This document shows positions 54,880-64,000 of a stretch of DNA of 64,000 nt, in pieces; the first letter of the stretch is position 1, and the number at the start of each line of letters is the position of its first letter. The stretch is from Neovahlkampfia damariscottae (taxonomy: Eukaryota), in assembly GCA_016618085.1 (NCBI GenBank), contig JABLTG010000001.1, positions 372,001-436,000 of the forward strand. The letters are read 5' to 3'. The position numbers and the translations under genes are program-made. The notes under the pieces were generated by a model that was not told the DNA's origin, did no database searches, and worked only from the letters and a program-made list of their open reading frames with translations.

Positions 54880-55810
54880 ATGAAGAAGGAAATTTTTCAA
54901 AAAGAATTAATTATTCAAACTTGGGTTTTGTACAACTTTGGAAAATATTATGGCAAAGAACACAACATAGAGAAAAAGTTTTTCAATGTTTTTGATTCAA
55001 AAAAGGAACACTTAGATTCTTTGAAAAAAAATTTGGATGAATTGGATTGTATGCTTGAAATTAGTGAAACATTACATCAAAATGTTGAACAAAATGTTAA
55101 ACTTTTAGAATTTGATCTGAATAAAAAAGATATAGTTTTGCCAGCAACATCAAAGAATGGAAAAGAACTTCCTTGGACTGAATATTTATTTATTCGTTTT
55201 AAATTTGCAACAGTAAAGAATCATAATTCAAATTGAAGGAACAAAAAATAAATATGGCATTCTTGTTGACATTCAAAAGAAAGAGGATTGGGGGAAAGAC
55301 CAAATACCATCAATTTTGATTGGAAATGAGGGATTCATTGATAAACAAAAAATAACACTTTATGGACACGACACTGACGAAGAAATTGGATATATTGAGT
55401 TTCATGATCTAGATAAAAAAAGTGATGGACAAAAAAGCGATGATAGCTCTACATTGGGCAAATATGATTTTCAACCAAGTTCAGATGATGAAGTCATCGA
55501 AAATCCACAAGTTCTCACCAAACTGATAGAAATAAGCGATGTTCCAGCAAATTTCACTTTCGAAATGATCATGCAACAATTTACGAAATGGTCTCCAATT
55601 TCAGACAAAAAAATCTTTTTTTCACTTTTATGGTTGGATTTGTTGTTCGTCATCATATTGTCCATGATGCACGCTGCTCCAAATTTATCATTCACCATGT
55701 CCAACACAACTTTAAATTTTCTTTCTTGTGCTCTGGTGCTGCCGATTGTTCTCATCTGTTTTGTTGCTGCTCTTTTTTTGTTGCCAAGAACAAAACTGGA
55801 TCCATTATAG
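54880..55810 (+). CDS. Hypothetical protein with C-terminal TM segments; 3' end uncertain, possibly disrupted
   Basis: ATTGG at 54862 and ATG at 54880. Intron 55196-55238 joins the frames. Coding-like sequence continues to about 56100 in other frames. Confidence 0.4.
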
Positions 55811-56108
55811 GATTTTTCAAGAATTTCGTCAATTTTCCATTGGTGCTTGGTGAACTGGCAACACAGACAAAGTGCGATGTTATGGTGGAGTATTGGTTTC
55901 GTCAATTTATCTGAATACACCAAAAGAAAACGTGGATTATGATGAAAAAACTGGAACTATTATCTTAAAAAAGCTCGTTGCTTGCTCAATTCCATCACCA
56001 AGACAATTTTGGGGAGAATTTACTGTAAATTAATCAAACTTATTGCACAATCCGGTTATTTGATTGAAGGATTCACTGAAGAAAATGAATATTCATTGTA
56101 AATAAACT

Positions 56109-58603
56109 TTAATTTTTTTTTGCTAAGAATTCAAATTCTTCTTTTTCTTGAAGACCTTTTGGCACATCAACAATTCTCCAACTTGGCATTTCGACTAATT
56201 TAAAAATTGGATTGTGAACATTATATTCTTCTTCAAATTCTACTTGTGCTGTTGATATTTTTTCTGCTGTTCCTTTTTCAACAGATCCCATTGGATCTAA
56301 ATCATCTTTATGATAAAATAAAACCATTTTAGCAATTTGTGATTCTTTTAATGTTGGACAAATATCATCCCTTGCTTCCTTCTCTACTAAAATTTCTTTT
56401 GGCATCATTAATATATTTGAAATATCTTTTAACTTTTGTAATTTCAAATTTGTTAACTTTTCATCAGAAGCCCAATTTTCCAAAGAGGTAGCTCCCATTT
56501 TCAATTGAATTGAAGCCCCCATCGTACAGTATTTATCATTCTTCAACATAAAATTCAAAAGATGATTCTCGATAAAATAAAAAACTTGTTGATAAAACTC
56601 TTTTATCAAATCTTTAAAAACACCATTTGAATTCAATAAATACAAGTATTGTTTTAATATTTTGATTATTTGACTTGGATTCACTTTAACAAGTTTTCCA
56701 TTCAATTCAACTTTATCATCAAACAAACTTGGTATTACAATTGGCATCAATTCCTTTAAAAAATGTTAAATCTATTTTCATTTACTTGATAAATGGAAAG
56801 TAAAATTCTTGAATATGTTTGACTTAAGAGATTTTCTAAATTTTCTTTAAATTCTTCAATTGGACTTTGAAATGAATCATCTTTGTTTTTATCAGTTATT
56901 TTTAATGTTAATTCATTAAAATCTCCATCATAACTCATTCTCAAAAAAACATCTTTTTTTTGTTCACCTGATAAAGTTGGATTTTCTAATTTGATTAAAT
57001 TGATCAAACAAGCAATATTTGACAACCAAAAACAATAATTCTTTGGTGTTGAACTTGATTTCTGAAAAGTCAAAAAAAAACAATCACTTACTTCAACCAT
57101 TTGTTTAATTGCTTTAATAATTTTTTTTGGAAATTGACTTTGTTCATTTACATTAAAACAATTGAATTCAATTAGAGACTTGTATAAAAGTGGAGCACTT
57201 GAAGGTATTCCTTTGTTAAAAACTGGTTCAATTGTTGATATTAAAAGATCAATCAAAACTCTTTCTTTTCCTTCTCTTTTTTGTGCTTCTAATTTTTTAG
57301 TTAACGCCAGTAATTCTTGTTCTTGTTTTGATAATTCACCTAATGCTTCTTGAAGTAAAGGTGTACTTACAGGAGCATCATTTGATTCTGTAGTTAATAA
57401 ATTTGAAGTTGTTGTTGGTATGTTAATTTTCTTTTTTGCAAATGAATTCGTTCTTTGCCTTATTGGTGTTTTTTTCAGAGGAGTCGTTGCTGAACGTAAT
57501 TCGGTGAAAGAAATTTGATCATCATCTTCTTCTGGAATTGGTGATTTTGTTTTTTTTGGTTCTGGAGAAGGTTGTACAACAGGTGTTTCAGCAGTCAATT
57601 CAATCTTTGGAATTGGTTCTGTTTGTTTGTTTTGACCATTGAGAATGTTAATTTTTGGTGAAATTAAATTTCCTTTGTCTTTTTCACTTAAATCCAATCC
57701 TGAAATGGAAGCCTGTCTTCTATGTGTACCTTTAGGTTTATCTGTTCCTGGTGTTGAAGTTGAATTCACTCTTTTATGTCCTTTTGGTCTTCCTTTTACA
57801 ATTTTCTTTGTTAATTTTTCATTATCCACTAAAGTAGGATCAAAATTTGATAAAGCATCATGTTGTAAAGACATATTTCTTCTTGTTTTTTGTTCAGTCA
57901 CCTTTAAAGGTTTAATTTGACTTGTTAGAACTTTTGAATCATCAAAAACATCATCTTCACCTTCAAAATCATCTTCACCATCTGAATTATCATCTTCCTC
58001 TCTAAAACTTGCATCTGTGTCTGTTGTTGCTTGTGAGTCTGTTATTGAATCTCCATTCTTATCTCTTCGAGTTATTTTAAGTGTTATTTTCATTTCTGTA
58101 TTGTCTTCATCCCAACATTTTAAATTAAAAATCTTAACCGTTGTTTGTTCGTCTTTGTTTAAAGGTCCATATTCGCCCAAGTTTAAACCTAAACTACCAA
58201 TATATTTTTTTTTTTTTAAATTGAACAAATTAAACTTTTCTTTTTTAACCTATGATTTCAATAACGTTAATTGTTTTTAATTTTACTTCGTGAACGTAAA
58301 AATACATGAATTTTTTTTTATAAGAAAGTCCATCTTTTTCTCTGAATAAAGTTCCTTTGAAACTGAAGTCAGCACCCCATGTCACTGTTTTATCTTTAAC
58401 TAAACTTCTCATGGTTTCACCAGAGTTTTTTTTTCCTTTTTTTTTTTGAAAAAATTTAACGATTATTTTTTTTCCGAACCTCTCTCCCAAACTACGTATA
58501 AAATAGAACCACTTTTTGGTAGTTTGGTTAAATATTCGATGGTAAACTCAATCATGACTTTATCTTTTGATGTTTTTGAACTTGGTAAATGCAACTTATT
58601 CAT
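56109..58603 (-). CDS. NT-C2 (EEIG1/EHBP1-type) + Dilute (DIL) domain protein
   Basis: N-terminal LYVVWERG...KNSGET...VTW...FKGTLF; C-terminal QQVFYFIENHLLNFML...CTMGASIQLKM...ENW...ICPTLKESQI. Confidence 0.8.
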
Positions 58604-58668
58604 GTGAGGTTGTTGACAACTAAAAGAAAAGTGTTTTGATTGGTTGAATATTTTTATTAGAAATGTCT

Positions 58669-60346
58669 TTAAATATCAGAATATTTGTTTGATAAATAAT
58701 TTAAAAAATGTTTTGGATTTAGTTTTTCACCTGTCACATCAATCATTAAATCATCCAATGATAATGCACTTCCTTTTTGATGTATTTTTGAAATTAACCA
58801 ATTTCTAATTTCCAAGAATTCACCTTTTTCAATATTTTCATTGACATTTGGAATTTCTTTGGTGATTGTTTTGAAAATTTGAGCTGCCAACTTTAAAAGT
58901 AAAAATTAAATATTTCTCGAACCATTTGACCATAAAGATACGAAGGAAAATAACCATAAGCACCAAAATTCCAATGAATATCTTGTAATACACCATTTGT
59001 ATCTGAATCTGGCTCAATTCCCAAATAATCTTTCATTTTTTGATTGAATATTTTTGGCAAATCTTCAACTTGATAAGTCCCATTGAATAATCCTTTTTCA
59101 ATTTCATATCTAATTATAATATGAATCGGATATGTAACTTCATCAGATTCGACTCTAATGAAAGTTGGATTAATCACATTCACCTCTTTATAAGCCATTT
59201 CACAATTCAAATCTTTCGATAAATGTGGAAACAATGATGTAACATTTTTGAAGATATTCTTCCAGAAAGGTTTAGAAAGTCCAATATGTCTTTCCCATAA
59301 AAGTGATTGACTTTCATGAAGAGACATACCGTGCGCATCACCTACAGGCAATCCAAAATACTGTTTTGGCAAATTCTGTTCATAAATTCCATGACCAGCT
59401 ATCAAAACCGTAAGTACTGATATTTCTTACATTCATGCATTGAAAATTTCAGTGATTGTAAAAAATTTTCTTTTTTGTATCGAGTTGTAATTCTGACATC
59501 CCAATTTGAAATAATTTTTGTTATTGGATGAGCACTTGAATCTAATCTTCCATGGTCAAAGGAAAATCCTAACATTTTTATAACATTTTCATTCAATTCT
59601 TTTTGTTTTGATATATCAAATTCACCTTGATTCAAATAATTCTTTGATTCTTTATTGCGATGTTTTTTAATGAAAGGAATAATAAATTGTTTTATCTCTT
59701 CAAATATTGAATCATAATCTTTCATTGTCATTCCAGGATCATATTCATCAATCAAAACATCATAAGTATCTAAATTTGGATTAATTGATTTTGCAATGAT
59801 TTTTTTTAGTTCTACCCATTCTTTTAGTATTGGTACTATTGCATTGAAGTTATTTTCTTGCTTTGCTTTTCTCCATGAACCAAATCCTTTGAACCTTAGT
59901 ATTGTAATTTTTTTTGAAATTTCTTCATTAACAAGCATTTTTTTTTTGTAATTTTTTTCAGCCATTTCAATTAATTTTTTATCAAAAATATTTAATTTTA
60001 TATCTTTTGACTCTTCTTTCAAAATTTCCAAAACAGTTTTTAATTTTTTTGATGTTTGATGTTTGTGAATGATTTTATCCAAAATTTCAACTTGTTTTGA
60101 CCTTATACTTGATCCTTGAGGTGGCATAACAACATGTTGATCCCACATAAGAAGTGCCATCACTGAATTTAAATAATATATTTTTTTTAATTTTCCTTTT
60201 AGTTCAGTCAAAGTTTTGTTGAAATTTTCAGATGGTAAAAGTTGAATTTCTGTTTTAATTTCTGGTGTTGCATTTATTGTGACAGTTGAAAAGTAACACT
60301 GTACAAAACATAAAAATAAAATTACTCCTATCCTTCTACAGCTCAT
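58669..60346 (-). CDS. M32 (carboxypeptidase Taq-like) metallocarboxypeptidase with N-terminal signal-like peptide
   Basis: HESGH across an intron, plus GRLD..AHP, DVRITTRY, HESQS, IRVESDE, GVLQDIHW and GYFPSY. Confidence 0.93.
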
Positions 60347-60408
60347 TGTCTTGAAAAAACGTGTTCGTATGTTATTGGTTGAATTGTTGCCAGTGTTTTG
60401 TAAGCTTC

Positions 60409-62602
60409 ATGAAGTTCAATTTTAGGAAAATAACCATCATAGTGGGTTGTATTTTGCTCATAAATATCATAATCACACTAATTTTTTTTTTAGGAATTTC
60501 AAAACACAAACAACAAAATGATGAACAACACAAGACAACAAAATCAACAAAACAAGAGGAAAAAAAAATCAAAATATGGAAAGATTTAAATATCAATGGA
60601 AACAAAAATAGACTGACATTAGTGACATATGCACGAAATAAAGCAGAATTAAAATGGTACTCAAAAGAATACCAAAATCAATTGAAAGATTTGTCAATTG
60701 AAGAAAAACCATACATTATTTGTGTACTATGTCAGTTAAATATAGATAAAAAAGAAGAATATTTGAGAAATGATCGAATATATTTCATAAATTCACATGA
60801 TCCTCATTGTGATATTTCAAAATTATATAAACTTGGTTTATCGGAAGTTGAATCCGAATTATTCATGTTTATCGAACCAGGATTTACATTTACATCAGAT
60901 TTATTCACATACTTGATGGATTCAAAGTTATCTCATCAATTAGAAGACAAAGATGAAAATATTTCTTATATGCTCTTAGCATTTGAATCAACAAAAGAAA
61001 ATCGAAAATTTCCAAAAAACGGTGAATTTCGCACAGAAAATATTAAAATGTACCACCAGAAGAAAATCAGAAATTTTCAAGATTTAAGAAATTACCACTT
61101 ATATTCAGAAAATGTACAAAACTATATTATACCTCAAATTTTGGAACCAAATATGAAAAATTTAAGATCAAATCAAGAATCTATTGATGTTCCAATATAT
61201 AAAGATTCTAAATCTGATATTAAATTACCAAGAGTTTTTTGGTTTCTACTGGAAACAAAGAGATTCAAATTTGATATGATGTTATTATTGGATAAATTAT
61301 ATTATTCATATAAATATGAACTTTATTCAAGACCTTTGGTTACTAGAGAAAGAATTATTAATGAAATGTCTAAAATACAAGATTATAAAATTCATATGAT
61401 TTTGGAAAAGGCTGTATTCTATCATAAATTTCCACGTGAACCAGGAGTCACATTAGCTATTCATTTATCATTTGATAGAATAAATTCATTACAAAAGTCA
61501 ATTGATAGATGGGAGGTACAAATATATCCACTTAATATTCATAGGGTCCTGTTGCAATCGCCTTTGGAGTGAATAAATTTGACGATTGTTCAAAAGTTGA
61601 TGATTTCATTCATAAGAATCAAAAACGTTTAGAATCCATGAAAATCACATGTATTTTAAACGATAATCTACCAAAGAAAGAAGATTCCGTTAAATACTTT
61701 TATTCTGGAGGGAAAATAGGTACATCTTATCCTGTCAATATCATGAGAAATTCTGTGTTGAATATTGTGCAAACAGAACTCTCTTTTTTAATAGATGCTG
61801 ATTTTTGTCCTGATAAGTTAGATTTTATTCATTTTAACATCAAAGAAATCTTTATGGAAGATTAAAAAAATTGTTGAAAACTTCTGCAAAGACTGTCGAA
61901 ATATTACCTAAAAATCTGAGAGATGAATTTTTCAAAATTCCATCCAAAAGAGAATTAAAGGGAAATTTGTATGATCTTTTAAAAAAATCGGTATTTATTG
62001 TTCCCGCTTTTGATTTTGAATTTAAGAACAGAGAAACACCAAATAGAAAATCAGGTTTCTTTAATTGTATTTTTAACAAAAATTTAGAGCTGATTGAATT
62101 AGTGAAAAGGAATAAAATGTCACCAGTTTTATCAAAATCAAAAGATAAAAATCAGCATCAATCACATTCTTATGTCAACTACAAAAAGTGGTACAAATCA
62201 AAGAAGATTTATCAAATTTTTTCAAAATTTCCATTTGAACCTGTAAGTGAAATGATACTCATTAAAATGGCAAGTATGTGGTTGGAAATATTGAAGAAAT
62301 GCCATTTTATGATGAAAGATTCATCTATTATGGTGATGACAAAGTGTTTTATCATCATTGGATGAATTTAATGGGATTCAAATATTTTGTTCTTCCTGAT
62401 AATTTCATTACTCATCTATGGCATAAAAAAAGTAAATGGTCAAAAAAAGAGAGAGAAACAACTAAAATGTAACCAAAAAAATCAAAAAATTTAACATTTT
62501 CAACTCAGTGCAATTTTGAATTATTCAAAACAAATCGGAAATGAAATTAGAATGAAATTCATGGACAGGTATAATTTATTGAAAAAATCCAAATTGAAAT
62601 AA
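60409..62602 (+). CDS. Type II membrane GT49 (LARGE/B4GAT1-like) glycosyltransferase
   Basis: N-terminal TM helix; VTLAIHLSFDR...WEGP, YPVNIMRN, LIDADF, VPAF, FEPY and YDERFIYYG.DK. Confidence 0.85.
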
Positions 62603-62606
62603 TAAT

Positions 62607-64000
62607 TTATTTTGAATTTTTTATTTTATCATCAAAATATTTCCATAAAACTGAGAACATAACACCTTGCATACCATTTGCAAGAATTCTTGTTTTCAAA
62701 CCTCTCCCAAAAAGACCAGCAACACCATCTTCTTTAATGACATTTTTAACTGTATCAACATAAGAAATTGATTCAGATGATGTTTGTTTATAAGTTTTGA
62801 CAACTCTAATGGAGTTTGAAACAGTATCTGAAACAACAGAAGCAGAAAAACCTAAAAATGCATTTCTTGATAATTTTGCCATCATTGTATCAGGAACTGG
62901 AATAGTAGCATCTAAATAATTATAAGTGAAAAACCATGGAAAATGACCAGCAAAAGTAGCTCCTGAAGCTGCTAAAGCACCATGATAAAAAACTGAAGGT
63001 CCATGTGCTCTGGATTTCGCCATAAGAGCTCTTAAAGCATCTTTTCCATCAACTTGTAATTTGGTTTTCATTGTATCAATTGGCATTAAGAAAATTCTCC
63101 ACTAAGAAAACAGTTAAAAAATTTTTTTTTTTTTTTTTACAAGAGCCGCAGTTGCACTTGCGAAAATTGTTTTGACTCCAACAGGTAAATTTTCAGTTGA
63201 AGGACTTGCATTTAACAAGGCTAATACACCAGTGTTTGCAGCAGTATCTCCAAAACGTGATAAAGGTCCTTGAAATAATGCAGGTCCAATACCTCTATAA
63301 AATCTACGAATACCACCTTCAGCATATAATGTTTTAATTGTATTGAGAGTTGAGGTTCCTCCATATTTATATCTTAAAAGGTGTCAAAATAAAATTGATG
63401 GTTACTGATAATTCATTGCTGTTCTCATCCACATTAAACTACTAACTTGAATAAACATAGCAAATGCCTTTGGAAGAAAAAATTTAAAATATAAAGAGTC
63501 TTACACCTGCTACACCACCTCCAGCAGCTCTGTGAAGTGCTTTTTTAAAGATACTTTTTGTGTCAACTGCTTGAGCTTGAACTTCTTTCGGTGCGCCTTT
63601 TTGTAACGTTTCAAGTTCTTTATAGATTTTACTGATGATTTTATTAATGTTTTTGTGTTTGACTTACTCTGCTTCTAAAAATTCTTTGTTGTGTAAAGCA
63701 ACTTTTAAACTTAATCTTAAAGATTTTAAATGTTCTGCTTTTGTAATTAAGTCATTCATTTTTAACTTAATATCATGAGCCTTTGCAAAATCTTTTTCTT
63801 CAATTGCTTTTTCTAAATCATTCTTGAGTGTACCAACTTGTTCAACAGCCTTAATAAAGAATTTTAACACAAAAAAAAAAAAAAATTACCTCTGCTGTTG
63901 GATCATAGTAGTCTTCATCCATTTCGTATGATTTTAATCTATACGCTGCGTCTTCATCATTAGAGCCCTCTACAATCAATTTTTTAAATTCTTCACATGG
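62607..64000 (-). CDS. Mitochondrial carrier (SLC25) with N-terminal tandem UVR-like helical motifs; 5' end outside the window
   Basis: LMWMRTAMNYQY, FYRG, MPIDTMKT and NSIRVVKT. Upstream exons splice in frame to LEKAIEEKDFAKAHDIK and continue to position 64000. Confidence 0.85.

Overview
Gene-dense, strongly AT-rich eukaryotic nuclear DNA in the standard genetic code. It carries about 35 protein-coding genes split by very short GT-AG introns (mostly 29-45 nt). Intergenic gaps are often under 100 bp. The gene content and architecture suggest a free-living protist, possibly Discoba/Heterolobosea-like; this is inference only. Recognisable genes: SCAPER, an ABCG transporter with a large Cys-rich ectodomain, RPS10, RPS14, M28 and M32 peptidases, Tipin/Swi3, full-length DNA-PKcs, a PKD2-like channel, mL60, NOP9, TMEM135, a CNT transporter, a truncated RPA70-like protein, a GT49/LARGE-like glycosyltransferase and a mitochondrial carrier. 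The standout is a 7.3-kb cluster (16401-23660) of four adjacent intron-containing genes: homocitrate synthase, homoisocitrate dehydrogenase, homoaconitase and an aconitase with Aco2-like (homocitrate dehydratase) substitutions. Together these cover the upper half of the fungal-type alpha-aminoadipate lysine pathway. Other signals: a CCAAT/ATTGG box within about 60 nt of essentially every start codon, a 4-nt micro-exon required for frame, AATAAA fused to stop codons, and several unusual domain fusions. All gene models were spliced by eye, and family calls come from remembered motifs, not database searches. No rRNA, tRNA, CRISPR array or transposon was recognised.
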